Both the position numbers and the translations under genes were made by a program. Under the pieces are notes generated by a model. That model did not search any database. It saw only the letters and a list, made by a program, of their open reading frames with translations, and was not told the origin of the DNA. A stretch of 50,268 nt of DNA, taken from positions 64,001 to 114,268 of IMG/VR virus record IMGVR_UViG_3300007734_000754. One strand, given 5' to 3'. The DNA comes from a virus (Duplodnaviria > Heunggongvirae > Uroviricota > Caudoviricetes). Shown piece after piece: positions 17,268 to 27,370 of the stretch; the first letter of the stretch is position 1, and every line of letters begins with the position of its first letter.

Positions 17268-18944
17268 ATGGAATTAAATCAATTATTAGAAAGTTCAAAT
17301 AACTATAAGACATTACAAGCTGATGCAGCTCGTCTTTCAGGTAAATGGGCTAAGTCAGGATTACTAGAGGGGATCTCTGGTGAAATCGACAGAAACAACA
17401 TGTCTATGATTCTTGAGAATCAAGCAAAACAATTAGTATCAGAAACATCTGCAACAGGTACAGGAGCATCTTTTGCTGCTGGACAAGGTGAGCAATGGGC
17501 TGGAGTAGCTTTACCGTTAGTACGTAAAGTATTCGCTCAAATTGCAACTAAAGATTTCCTTTCTGTTCAACCAATGAACTTACCGTCAGGTCTTATTTTT
17601 TACTTAGACTTTAAATACGGTTCAAACTCAGCAGGATTTACTGCAGACAGTAACATGTATGGTAACGTATCTACAGCTAACTCAAAAATTGGAGTTAACG
17701 TTGATGCAGCAGGAGGTTTATACGGAGCTGGTAGATTTGGATACTCTATGAATGACTTTACTTCATCAGCTTTATCTAACATAGGTACTGGTGTTTATAC
17801 AGCTTTATCAACATCTCAATTTGCTTCATCTTCTGTTGCTACAGATGCAGTTTTCAAATCAGCATTAAACTATGATACAGTAGTTTCTGCTTCATTAGCG
17901 TCTACAGGTACAACTGTTGCTACTTTAGTAAGAGTTTTTGTTTCTTCAAGTGCTATAGGTGCATCTCAATTTGCATCTAAATCAGTTAGATCATTTGCAA
18001 TCTCTGGATCAAATATCAATACTTACTATCCACAATTTACAACTACTACAGATGCAGGTTTAGTTACATTCCTTGTATCAGGATCTGGAACAATCAGTGG
18101 TGTAGTTGTTACCTACGACGTTCAACCAAATGATAACTCAAGAGGTGATTTTGAAGATTTACAACCTAAAGTTGGATCTGCAACTACAATTTCAATCCCA
18201 GAAATTAACGTTCAATTAGCTTCTGAAGCAATTGTTGCTAAAACAAGAAAATTAAAAGCACAATGGACTCCAGAGTTCGCACAAGACTTAAATGCTTACC
18301 ATTCAATCGATGCTGAAGCTGAATTAACTTCTTTATTATCAGAGTATATCTCTATGGAGATTGACTTAGAGTTATTAGATATGTTAATTCAAGATGCTAG
18401 AACAGTTGAATATTGGTCAGCACTTAATAACCAAGTATATAGTTCAGGAGCTGGAGCTTTTGCTGCTAATACTTCTAATTTCTATAATACTCAAGGACAA
18501 TGGTTCCAAACTTTAGGAACTAAAGTACAAAAAGTATCTAACTTAATTCACCAAAAAACTTTAAGAGGTGGAGCTAACTTCTTAGTATGTTCTCCAACTG
18601 TAGCTACAATCCTTGAATCAATTCCTGGATATGCAGCAGATACAAACGGTGATAAAATGGATTTTGCAATGGGTGTTCAAAAAGTTGGACAGTTAAACTC
18701 TCGTTTTAGAGTTTACAAAAACCCATACATGGTTGAAAACACAATTTTATTAGGATATAGAGGTTCTCAATTCTTGGAAACAGGTGCAGTTTATGCTCCA
18801 TATATTCCATTAATCATGACTCCTCTAGTATACGATCCAGCTACCTTCACTCCAAGAAAAGGTATAATGACTCGTTATGCTAAGAAAATGATCAGACCAG
18901 AATTCTATGGTAAAATATTAGTATCAGACTTAAACACTCTGTAA
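17268..18944 (+). CDS. gp23: Major capsid protein (T4 gp23-like)
   Basis: VQPMNLPSGLIFYL, AKTRKLKAQWTPEFAQDLNAYH..DAEAEL, YAPYIPL, TPRKGIMTRY. Confidence 0.96.
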   Translation: MELNQLLESSNNYKTLQADAARLSGKWAKSGLLEGISGEIDRNNMSMILENQAKQLVSETSATGTGASFAAGQGEQWAGVALPLVRKVFAQIATKDFLSVQPMNLPSGLIFYLDFKYGSNSAGFTADSNMYGNVSTANSKIGVNVDAAGGLYGAGRFGYSMNDFTSSALSNIGTGVYTALSTSQFASSSVATDAVFKSALNYDTVVSASLASTGTTVATLVRVFVSSSAIGASQFASKSVRSFAISGSNINTYYPQFTTTTDAGLVTFLVSGSGTISGVVVTYDVQPNDNSRGDFEDLQPKVGSATTISIPEINVQLASEAIVAKTRKLKAQWTPEFAQDLNAYHSIDAEAELTSLLSEYISMEIDLELLDMLIQDARTVEYWSALNNQVYSSGAGAFAANTSNFYNTQGQWFQTLGTKVQKVSNLIHQKTLRGGANFLVCSPTVATILESIPGYAADTNGDKMDFAMGVQKVGQLNSRFRVYKNPYMVENTILLGYRGSQFLETGAVYAPYIPLIMTPLVYDPATFTPRKGIMTRYAKKMIRPEFYGKILVSDLNTL

Positions 18945-18966
18945 TTAATATAAACCATTAAAAATT

Positions 18967-18994
18967 AAAGAGGACTTCGGTCCTCTTTTTTTTT
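18967..18994 (+). terminator. Strong intrinsic terminator after MCP
   Basis: AAAGAGGAC-TTCG-GTCCTCTTT (C-UUCG-G tetraloop) and a long T run. Confidence 0.92.
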
Positions 18995-19024
18995 GTTTAC
19001 TAAGCAAATATTTCGTATATTTAT
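18993..19024 (+). promoter_or_regulatory. Host-type promoter TTG-N20-TATATTTA overlapping a TATTTAT late motif, upstream of phoH
   Basis: TTG at 18993, TATATTTA at 19016; same spacing at 36110, 45739 and 47588. Confidence 0.6.
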
Positions 19025-19048
19025 TAGAAACAAATACAGTTTATATCT

Positions 19049-19735
19049 ATGGCTTCAAACCATCACACCGATGAAGTCTTCACTCCAAAGAGAAGACCGA
19101 AAAACCCAATTAAGTTCCAACTCCAACTTAATGAAGAACAAAAACAAGCAAAAGCACTTATTGTAGAAAATCCAGTAGTCGTTTTAAAAGGAATGGCAGG
19201 TTCAGGAAAGACTTTAGTAGCCGTACAAGCAGCATTAGATATGCTATTCTGTAAAGAGGTAGAAAAGATTGTTATAACAAGGCCCACTGTAGCTAAAGAA
19301 GAATTAGGATTCTTACCAGGCGATCTTAAGGAAAAAATGGATCCTTGGTTAGCACCAATATATCATAACTTATACATGCTTTATGGTAAGGAAAAGGTAG
19401 ATAAAGAATTAGAATTAGGACATATTGAAATAGTACCATTTGCTTTTATGAGAGGAAGAACGTTTGTTAATTCTTTTGTAATAGTAGATGAGGCACAGAA
19501 TGTTACTCAAGATCAAATGGAAACAGTACTGGGAAGATTAGGAAAGGGATCTAAAATGGTAATCTGTGGAGATTTAGCTCAAATTGATTTAAAAGTAAAG
19601 AAAGAAACAGGATTTTCGTTTCTTACTAGAATTGAAGAGCAAGTAAAAGGTTTTAGAGTATTTGCATTAAAAGCCAATCATAGACATGAAATTGTATCTC
19701 CTATACTAAAAGTATACCAAGACTTTAGAGATTAA
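19049..19735 (+). CDS. phoH: PhoH-family ATPase
   Basis: GMAGSGKT, ITRPTV, GFLPGDLKEKMDPW, RGRTF, DEAQN, GDLAQID. Confidence 0.95.
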   Translation: MASNHHTDEVFTPKRRPKNPIKFQLQLNEEQKQAKALIVENPVVVLKGMAGSGKTLVAVQAALDMLFCKEVEKIVITRPTVAKEELGFLPGDLKEKMDPWLAPIYHNLYMLYGKEKVDKELELGHIEIVPFAFMRGRTFVNSFVIVDEAQNVTQDQMETVLGRLGKGSKMVICGDLAQIDLKVKKETGFSFLTRIEEQVKGFRVFALKANHRHEIVSPILKVYQDFRD

Positions 19736-19767
19736 ACAATCTTGCTATTTATAAATAAAATATATTT

Positions 19768-20160
19768 ATGTCTGCAGGAATATACAATTTTACAATAGAA
19801 CAAGGTACTACAGTAGATTTTGAAATACAGTACACCGATGCTAGTGCCTCACCTATAGATCTAACAAACTACCATGGTAGAATGCAAATAAAATCTGGTT
19901 TTGCAAATGACAAACCGGTTACTTATGCATCTTTATCAAGTAGTTTAGCAACTGACGGAACAGGATTAAACTTTAACGGCAGCTCAGGAAACAACCCACC
20001 TACAAGCGGTTCCATAGGAATCTACATTTCAGCAATATCGTCGTCTGCGTTTACTTTTGCAAAAGCAAAATACGATTTAGAACTAGTATCAGGAAGTACA
20101 GTAACAAGGGTACTAGAAGGAGTAATTACTTTAAGTAAAGAAGTAACAACAATACCGTAA
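19768..20160 (+). CDS. Small beta-rich virion structural or fibre-anchoring protein
   Basis: NFTIEQG...PIDLT...MQIK...YDLEL...RVLEG pattern common in phage structural adaptors; directly upstream of the large fibre gene. Confidence 0.55.
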   Translation: MSAGIYNFTIEQGTTVDFEIQYTDASASPIDLTNYHGRMQIKSGFANDKPVTYASLSSSLATDGTGLNFNGSSGNNPPTSGSIGIYISAISSSAFTFAKAKYDLELVSGSTVTRVLEGVITLSKEVTTIP

Positions 20161-20163
20161 CAC

Positions 20164-23100
20164 ATGGCTGTAAATATAACTACCGATACAAATACCGTAA
20201 AGGTAACCTCTACTTCAACAAATACTGTTAAGATAGTAGATAGTGGAAACAATACTACGGTAAGTGTTTCACAACCTACTACAAGAGTTATTACAGTTGC
20301 AACTGTAGGACCACAGGGACCAGTTGGACCAGCAGGATTTCCATACACAGGCTCAGCACAAATAACAGGATCTTTAGGAGTAACAGGATCTGTAGCCATA
20401 CTAAACACATCAAATGACTCGGCATTAAGTATATACAACCATGACCAAGGACCTTGGTCATTTCAAATGTTTAATAATGCTTACTCTACAAGTAGTGTAT
20501 TTGAAGGAGGTAGCTTTGACTCAGGAGAATTTTTAATGGGTAATTCAACAAATAAACCTATTGAAATTTATAACAACTCCGACTATGAACATCCAACCCT
20601 AATAATATCAAGTTCAGGCGTTACAGTAACAAAATCTGCTAAAATTAATGTAGACTATTTAGGAACTTCAAGTATTGCTTTAGAAGTTAATAATAATACA
20701 TTACTAGATAATATACCTGGAAATGAATATATTGGAACAGGTATACAGGGTACTGGAGCGTACGGAGTTAGAGGAATTACTGATGAAGGAGTAGGTGTTT
20801 ACGGGTATAGTTCTGGTCAAGGCAATGGTGTTAGAGGGTATAGTACTGATGGAGGAAATGGAGTACGTGCCGAGAGTCCTAACGGTGTAGGACTGTACGC
20901 AATAGGAGATCCTGCTATTTACGCAGCAGGAGATACTGTACTAAATGGCAATTTAAGAAATATAGCATCATCCACAAACGGAGGTTATACACATGCAGAA
21001 GGTAATAATACACAAGCAAATGGAGACTATTCACACGCAGAAGGAAACTTAGCAATAGCACAAGGAGATTATTCACATGCAGAAGGTAATAATACAAGAG
21101 CAGTCGGACTCTATTCACATGCAGAAGGAGTAGATACAGTAGCATATGGAGATGCTTCACATGCCGAAGGTACAGTGTTTGAAGGAGATGTGGGTAACTT
21201 ACTTACAACAGCATATGGATACGGATCACATGCAGAAGGATTAGGTACAGTAGCATCGGGATCTTACTCACATGCTGAAGGAGCAAGCAGTGGAGATGCA
21301 GACTACAACTACATACTAACAGCAAAAGGAGTTGGCTCACATGCAGAAGGAATATCTACAACTTCAATAGGAGAATACTCACACGCAGAAGGAAACTTTA
21401 CAATAGCACAAGGAGATTATTCACATGCAGAAGGGAGGCGTGCACAGACAGTAGGGACTGGATCACATGCTGAAGGACAGTATACAATAGCATATGGAAA
21501 TTTTTCACATGCAGAAGGAAATGGTACAATCGCATCAGGTTCTTACCAACACGTACAAGGTCAGTATAACATTACATCATCAGCACAAGGTGCTTTTATT
21601 CACGGAAATGGTACAGCCGATAATGCTAGATCAAATTTAATATTTGCATCAGGTTCTGAAGTGCAGATAACAGGATCTTTAAAAGTATCAGGAAGTATAA
21701 CAGGTTCATTATTTGGAACTTCATCTTTTGCACAAACAGCATCCTATGCTCCATCATACCTTCCTCTAACAGGAGGAACTATTGCTGGAAATCTAGCAGT
21801 AGCAGGAACAGCTTCAATCGCATACCTAAACGTAACTTTTGAATCAGCTTCAGTAGTATACTCCTCAGGTTCAAATATATTTGGAGATGCAACCAACGAT
21901 ATACAGACATTAAATGGTACAGTAATTGTTTCGGGTTCACAACAGATAACAGGTTCTTTGACAGTATCATCTTCAAATAACACTCAACTTTTAGTAGGAA
22001 CTAATTCATTATTTATTTCATCAAGTGGTAATATTGGTATAGGAACAACAAGTCCGAGCACAACTTTACAAGTTTCATCAGCTACAAATCAAGGTGTTGC
22101 TATTGGTGTGGCGTCATACCCTAGTTGGATGGGTACAAATGGACTTTACGTAGATGGTGCATTTCGTGCAAATAGTTATCTTGTAGGCAGTGGCGGCGGT
22201 ATAAATTGGGGTGCAAGTCAAGCAAAAATTATAGGGTATAACCCAAGTACTGGAGCCGACACCTATCTTTCTTTCTTTACTGGTGGGATTTCTGCTAATG
22301 GTGAGCGTATCCGTATTATTGATAACGGTAACGTAGGAATAGGAACAACAACACCAACTGGAAAACTATCTGTACTGGATACAACACTAGCTTCTGGTTC
22401 TGCAAATACAGGAAGTTTATTAGATTTACAACAAACTTGGAATACAACAGGAACTCCAACTGCCATTAAGTTGAATGTTACTAATACCAATTCTAATTCT
22501 AATTCAAGACTTATAGATTTACAAATTGGTGGTGCCTCACAATTTTACGTTACCAGCTTTTCAGTATACGCAAATAGATTTTCAGCACCAGAATTTAGAG
22601 CAGCAACAGATGCCACAATGCTTTTTGGAACTGCAAACATATCTACTCAAACAAAATATGTTGATATAGCAACAGGTACTTTATCACAACCTTCAGGAAT
22701 AAACTCCGCTGTAAGTATATCTCCAATTTACAATCAAGTAACAAGTACAGCAGCCAATACAGATTTAAAAGTTAATAGAACAGAAACATCTGTGGGCTCA
22801 GGAACTCAATTGTTAATGGATTTACAAGTTGGAGGAGTAAGTAAGTTTGCAGTATCTTCTTCAGGATTAACTACAGTAGCAGGAAACATATTACCTGATA
22901 CAGACAATACTCGTTCAATAGGAACAGGAACACAGGGATTAAATTTAATATGGACTAGAACAGTTAGGTCAAATAACACATTAGGTTTTTATCCAAATGG
23001 AGTATTAGCTGCTACATTTGCAACAGGAGGTAATCTACTTTTAGGAACAGCAACAGACAACGGATACAGACTACAAGTATCAGGTTCTGGAGCAGCTTCA

Positions 23101-24348
23101 GGTTCTCTATACACAGACGGATTTGTAAACCATACAGGAACAATATCCTCATCTGTAGCACCAGCCAACAACCCTTCAGCATCCTTAATGGTGATAGGAG
23201 GAACAACTATACAAAGTGCTTCAGCGGGTCTAAACAGTTCAGCAGTACAAATTAATACAATAATGTCTGCTTCTGCTAACAGTCAAACATTGGTAGGGTT
23301 GGATATTAACCCTACTTTTGTAGGAGGAGTAGGTGCTTTTAATAACGCATTTGTTATATCTGGAGGTACAGGATATGTAGCAGGAACTTATGCTTCAGTT
23401 CCTTTAACAGGAGGAAGTGGAACAGGTGCTCAGGCTACAATAGTAGTAAATGCAAGTGGAGCAGTATCATCTGTTACTATTACAACAGCAGGTTCTAACT
23501 ATAATATAGGTGATGTTTTAAGTGCTTCTTCTGCTAATATAGGAGGAACAGGAAGTGGATTTACTTATTCAGTTACTTTATTAGCAAATAGTGTTACTTC
23601 AAATGCTTTAAGAGTAAAAGGAGATATATTACCACAAGCGGACTCTTTATACAATTTAGGAAGTTCCTCAAAAAGATTTCAACAAATATCTGCAAGACAG
23701 ATTGCTAGTCAATATTATTATGGTCAATCTGGTATAGAGAGTTATTTTGGTTCAGGAGGAAATACTGCAATTAATTTTGTAATTAACAATAGTGTATATG
23801 GTAAATTCGCGGCAACTACAGGAAACTTCCTACTAGGAACAACAACAGATTCAGGATTCAAATTAGACGTAAACGGTACATCAAGACATACTGGAGATAC
23901 AACTATTACAGGTAGTTTAAATGTAACAGGTTCAATCACATCATCAGGAAATATTGTACCATCTGCAAATGCAACTTATGATTTAGGAACACCATTACTT
24001 AATTTTACAAGAGTTAGAGCTCAAAATGTTGTTAGTAATGGCTCTCTAAGTTTATACTCGGGAGGAAGTTTAGGACTTACTGTTGCTTCCTCTGCAAATA
24101 TTTTAATAGGAACAACAACTGATGATGGAGTAAACAGACTACAAGTATCTGGTTCAGCTAGAATAACAAATGGATTAACAGTAACCGGATCTGTAAATAT
24201 AACAGGTTCCTTAATAATGTCACCTAGTAGTTCTTTTATATTACCACTATCAGCATCAGCTACCCCAGCAATAGGAAGTGCTTATTGGTCAGGATCATTA
24301 CTATTTGTATACAATGGAACAAGATATATGAGTGCTAGTTTCTTCTAG
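20164..24348 (+). CDS. Large mosaic fibre/adhesin-like virion protein (1394 aa)
   Basis: Short collagen-like GPQGPVGPAG, 12 HAEG repeats, ITGSL repeats, GNxGIGT and GNxLxGTxTD hinges; rich in G/S/T. Confidence 0.75.
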   Translation: MAVNITTDTNTVKVTSTSTNTVKIVDSGNNTTVSVSQPTTRVITVATVGPQGPVGPAGFPYTGSAQITGSLGVTGSVAILNTSNDSALSIYNHDQGPWSFQMFNNAYSTSSVFEGGSFDSGEFLMGNSTNKPIEIYNNSDYEHPTLIISSSGVTVTKSAKINVDYLGTSSIALEVNNNTLLDNIPGNEYIGTGIQGTGAYGVRGITDEGVGVYGYSSGQGNGVRGYSTDGGNGVRAESPNGVGLYAIGDPAIYAAGDTVLNGNLRNIASSTNGGYTHAEGNNTQANGDYSHAEGNLAIAQGDYSHAEGNNTRAVGLYSHAEGVDTVAYGDASHAEGTVFEGDVGNLLTTAYGYGSHAEGLGTVASGSYSHAEGASSGDADYNYILTAKGVGSHAEGISTTSIGEYSHAEGNFTIAQGDYSHAEGRRAQTVGTGSHAEGQYTIAYGNFSHAEGNGTIASGSYQHVQGQYNITSSAQGAFIHGNGTADNARSNLIFASGSEVQITGSLKVSGSITGSLFGTSSFAQTASYAPSYLPLTGGTIAGNLAVAGTASIAYLNVTFESASVVYSSGSNIFGDATNDIQTLNGTVIVSGSQQITGSLTVSSSNNTQLLVGTNSLFISSSGNIGIGTTSPSTTLQVSSATNQGVAIGVASYPSWMGTNGLYVDGAFRANSYLVGSGGGINWGASQAKIIGYNPSTGADTYLSFFTGGISANGERIRIIDNGNVGIGTTTPTGKLSVLDTTLASGSANTGSLLDLQQTWNTTGTPTAIKLNVTNTNSNSNSRLIDLQIGGASQFYVTSFSVYANRFSAPEFRAATDATMLFGTANISTQTKYVDIATGTLSQPSGINSAVSISPIYNQVTSTAANTDLKVNRTETSVGSGTQLLMDLQVGGVSKFAVSSSGLTTVAGNILPDTDNTRSIGTGTQGLNLIWTRTVRSNNTLGFYPNGVLAATFATGGNLLLGTATDNGYRLQVSGSGAASGSLYTDGFVNHTGTISSSVAPANNPSASLMVIGGTTIQSASAGLNSSAVQINTIMSASANSQTLVGLDINPTFVGGVGAFNNAFVISGGTGYVAGTYASVPLTGGSGTGAQATIVVNASGAVSSVTITTAGSNYNIGDVLSASSANIGGTGSGFTYSVTLLANSVTSNALRVKGDILPQADSLYNLGSSSKRFQQISARQIASQYYYGQSGIESYFGSGGNTAINFVINNSVYGKFAATTGNFLLGTTTDSGFKLDVNGTSRHTGDTTITGSLNVTGSITSSGNIVPSANATYDLGTPLLNFTRVRAQNVVSNGSLSLYSGGSLGLTVASSANILIGTTTDDGVNRLQVSGSARITNGLTVTGSVNITGSLIMSPSSSFILPLSASATPAIGSAYWSGSLLFVYNGTRYMSASFF
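20639..20804 (+). repeat. 166-bp near-identical direct repeat, copy 1 (copy 2 at 28511-28676)
   Basis: Hand alignment gives 9 mismatches in 166 nt; encodes KINVDYLGTSSIALEVNN...GITDEGVGVYG. Confidence 0.9.
20986..21560 (+). repeat. In-frame tandem 42-bp (14-aa) xSHAEG repeats, 12 units, YadA-head-like
   Basis: Recurrent CA(T/C)GC(A/T/C)GAAGG core at mostly 42-nt spacing, with two longer units. Confidence 0.85.
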
Positions 24349-24379
24349 GACTTATTGCTATTTATAAATAAAATAAAGT

Positions 24380-25537
24380 ATGGCTAATATTTCTATATGG
24401 AACGGAAGTTCTACCTTTGCAGCCGGACAAACCCCTTTTGGTTTTTATGATGCAGATACAACCTTTGTCGCAGAAGCAGATAAGGTAGCAAAATTCTGTG
24501 CTATCCGTTTAGGGTATCCTCTAATGGATGTAGAGCTAAACTCAGGATCTTTTTATGCTTGTTTTGAAGAAGCTGTTACCACTTATGGAAACGAAGTTTA
24601 TCAAGCACTAGCTGCACAAAATTACCTATCACTTGAAGGAGGTTCAACTTCTACAACTTTAAATGAAGCGGTATTATCTCCATCTTTACAAAATGTAATA
24701 AGAATAGCAGACGGATACGGCACAGAGGCAGGAGTAGGAGGAACAGTAACTCAATATAGCGGATCTTTATCACTTAACCCAGGGCAACAAACATATGACT
24801 TAAATGACTGGGCTGTTCAACAAGGTATTCAAGGTAGAATAGAAATTACAAAAGTATTTTACGAAGCACCACCTGCAATTTTAAGATACTTTGATCCATA
24901 TGCAGGAACAGGTACAGGTATTCAATCTCTTATGGATGCATTCGATTTTGGATCATATTCACCAGGGGTAAACTTCCTATTAATGCCAACATCGTTTGAT
25001 GTATCAAAAGTGCAGGCAATTGAGTTTAATGATCAAATAAGAAAATCGGCATACTCTTTTGCAATAGTAAATAATCATCTTAAATTATTTCCAATACCTA
25101 CAAGAGCGGGAAGACTTTGGTTTGAATACTATCAGATAAATGAAAAACAATACCTAGACGATTCAGCAAATACACCAGGAGGAGTAGGAGGATCTATTTC
25201 TAATATATCAAATGTACCTTATGAAAATCCTAGTTACGGAGCTATAAACTCTATAGGAAGACAGTGGGTTTATAGATATGCTTTAGCTTTAGCAAAAGAA
25301 TTACTAGCTTATGTAAGAGGAAAATATACAACAGTACCAGTTCCAGGTTCAGAAGCTACATTAAATCAACAGGATTTATTAGCAGATGCTAGAGCTGAAA
25401 AAGAAGCATTACTAACACATTTAAGAGAAATCTTAGAGTCAACATCAAAAGTATCACAACTGGAAAGAAAGTCTCAAGAGGCTGGATTTTTACAAGATAC
25501 ATTAAAACAGGTTCCAATGGTAATATTTGTAGGATAA
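24380..25537 (+). CDS. gp13: Neck / head-completion protein (T4 gp13-like)
   Basis: FCAIRLGYPLMDVEL; WVYRYALALAKELL..VRGKY..VP.PG....LN; position before the gp14- and gp15-like genes. Confidence 0.8.
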   Translation: MANISIWNGSSTFAAGQTPFGFYDADTTFVAEADKVAKFCAIRLGYPLMDVELNSGSFYACFEEAVTTYGNEVYQALAAQNYLSLEGGSTSTTLNEAVLSPSLQNVIRIADGYGTEAGVGGTVTQYSGSLSLNPGQQTYDLNDWAVQQGIQGRIEITKVFYEAPPAILRYFDPYAGTGTGIQSLMDAFDFGSYSPGVNFLLMPTSFDVSKVQAIEFNDQIRKSAYSFAIVNNHLKLFPIPTRAGRLWFEYYQINEKQYLDDSANTPGGVGGSISNISNVPYENPSYGAINSIGRQWVYRYALALAKELLAYVRGKYTTVPVPGSEATLNQQDLLADARAEKEALLTHLREILESTSKVSQLERKSQEAGFLQDTLKQVPMVIFVG

Positions 25538-25845
25538 TGAAAGTAAACAATACACTAAAAGAAGATAGAACGTTTAACATGTACCAGGGATTGGTACGAG
25601 TAGGTCATAAAGATCAAATAACAGCTTCCGAAGTAGCCGATTTTGTTAGAGCTATGCCGGGAGTAACTCGTGTTACTGCTATAGATTCTAATGAAGATAT
25701 TCATACAGTAGTATTAAAAGTAAAAATACTATCTACAAAACCAGGTCCGGTAGTGTTTGATAAATTAAAAAAAGATACTTTTAGACTTGTACCTAATATT
25801 AGAAAGGTAGAAGTTTCAATGAAATCAATTGAAAAAATAGAATAA
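25537..25845 (+). CDS. Small hypothetical protein between neck genes
   Basis: 102 aa, MKVNNTLKE leader; ADFVRAMPGVTRV motif; TAATG overlaps on both sides. Confidence 0.6.
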   Translation: MKVNNTLKEDRTFNMYQGLVRVGHKDQITASEVADFVRAMPGVTRVTAIDSNEDIHTVVLKVKILSTKPGPVVFDKLKKDTFRLVPNIRKVEVSMKSIEKIE

Positions 25846-27368
25846 TGATATTTGGTAGCCAAAGAGATTTTAGACTACTTGTAGGTATTAATAGAGAATT
25901 AGTATCGGATGTAGTGGAGCAAGAAATTCTCTACTATAAAATATCTTTAGAACAAACTCAAGCAAATATCTACGGAGAAGCTCCAGAAAAAGTTTATTGG
26001 AATCCTGTAAAGTTAAACTGTTTAATTGATAGAGGAGATCAACAGACAACATCTGACGATTTTGGAGCAGATTCAATAAGAGATGTAAAATTTGCATTTA
26101 TAAGACAGGATCTTAAAGATGTAAATACCTTCCCTGAGGTAGGAGATATTATACAGTGGCAAGAAGATTACTACGAAGTAGATAACACAACAGAGAACCA
26201 GTTATTACTAGGGAAAGACGAGAATTACGCATTGACCAACTATGGACCAGATTACGGAGGAACACTTTCTATTATATGTATCTGTCACTTAACAAGAGCA
26301 GATAAAGTTGGAATAGCTTCAAGATACGAAATAACAGTAACAGACCCAGCTTCAATAGCAGCAGCATCTTTAATAAAAGGTGGAGGACTTAATCCACCAC
26401 CAGCAGGAATAGTAGGAACAAATGCTGGAAATACTACAACAACACCGAGTCCGGGATACAATATAGGTGGTGTACAGTATACACCGGTTAAGGTATCAAC
26501 GTTGAGTTGGGAACCCCACCATAGGGTACCTCAATATATGAAGGGCTTGAATCCAGTTATTATTGCATTTTACTGGGAAGATATTTATTGGAAGTTTATG
26601 AATTTAACTTTCTATAGAGAAGCATCAGCTAATTATCAACCAGAAATATTATATAATATAGTTGAAATAGATGGAGTACCTACTTTAAATCCATACGGAC
26701 CACCACCAGACGGTAATTATATAATAAATTGGAATAATTTTAGTTTATCTCCAAACAGAGGGTCAGGGTACAGCACTGTTGATAATCCAGCAATTATGGT
26801 TCTCGTAGACTCAGTACCAGTTGCTATAAATTTATTTGATAACGGTCACGGAACAATGAGTAGTGGAAATCCAATAATAACAACCCCTACCTCAGGAGGT
26901 ACTACTGACGGCGGATTATATACTAAAACTTTTTTTGCAACTAACGTGTATTACAATAGTAATTCATCTCTTCCAAGTTATAATTTTAGTAGCCTATCAG
27001 CAATGTCAAATCATGATATTAAAGCTCAAGTGCTTTCAACTTTAACCGTTCCCAATGCTAATAATCAATTTGCAAACTGGCAAGCATTTCACATATACGT
27101 AAATGGGCCTATACAAGTAGGAACTAAGGTAAGAATGGATGAATATGGAATAGGCGGTTTTAATTTTGCAGGTAGTTTGAATGATGCTGTATACCTAACG
27201 ATAACTGAAGATCCTAATGAACCTCAACATAATTTATATTTAGATAAACTTGAATTAAACGGCTTTGGCAGTGTGTATTGGAACCCTTACCACAATCCAT
27301 CATTCCAATTAGTAAGAGCTATAAGTGGATCTATAACAGAAGTAGTAGCATTTAACGACATAACCTAA
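25845..27368 (+). CDS. Neck protein (gp14-like, about 157 aa) with an approximately 350-aa C-terminal extension
   Basis: N terminus has ANIYGEA, PEVGDII.W...YYEV; after ADKVGI the sequence becomes P/N/G/T-rich and beta-like. Confidence 0.7.
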   Translation: MIFGSQRDFRLLVGINRELVSDVVEQEILYYKISLEQTQANIYGEAPEKVYWNPVKLNCLIDRGDQQTTSDDFGADSIRDVKFAFIRQDLKDVNTFPEVGDIIQWQEDYYEVDNTTENQLLLGKDENYALTNYGPDYGGTLSIICICHLTRADKVGIASRYEITVTDPASIAAASLIKGGGLNPPPAGIVGTNAGNTTTTPSPGYNIGGVQYTPVKVSTLSWEPHHRVPQYMKGLNPVIIAFYWEDIYWKFMNLTFYREASANYQPEILYNIVEIDGVPTLNPYGPPPDGNYIINWNNFSLSPNRGSGYSTVDNPAIMVLVDSVPVAINLFDNGHGTMSSGNPIITTPTSGGTTDGGLYTKTFFATNVYYNSNSSLPSYNFSSLSAMSNHDIKAQVLSTLTVPNANNQFANWQAFHIYVNGPIQVGTKVRMDEYGIGGFNFAGSLNDAVYLTITEDPNEPQHNLYLDKLELNGFGSVYWNPYHNPSFQLVRAISGSITEVVAFNDIT

Positions 27369-27370
27369 CC

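Noticed and set aside
7977-18944. Inteins, introns or homing endonucleases in terL, portal, MCP, polymerase or RecA
   Set aside because: Lengths are ordinary, catalytic motifs are contiguous, and no splice-junction, LAGLIDADG, HNH or GIY-YIG motifs were seen.
20986-21560. Regularly spaced TCACATGCAGAAGG repeats resembling a CRISPR array
   Set aside because: They are in frame within a long ORF, the period is 42 nt (14 codons), variation is at wobble positions, and no cas genes are present.
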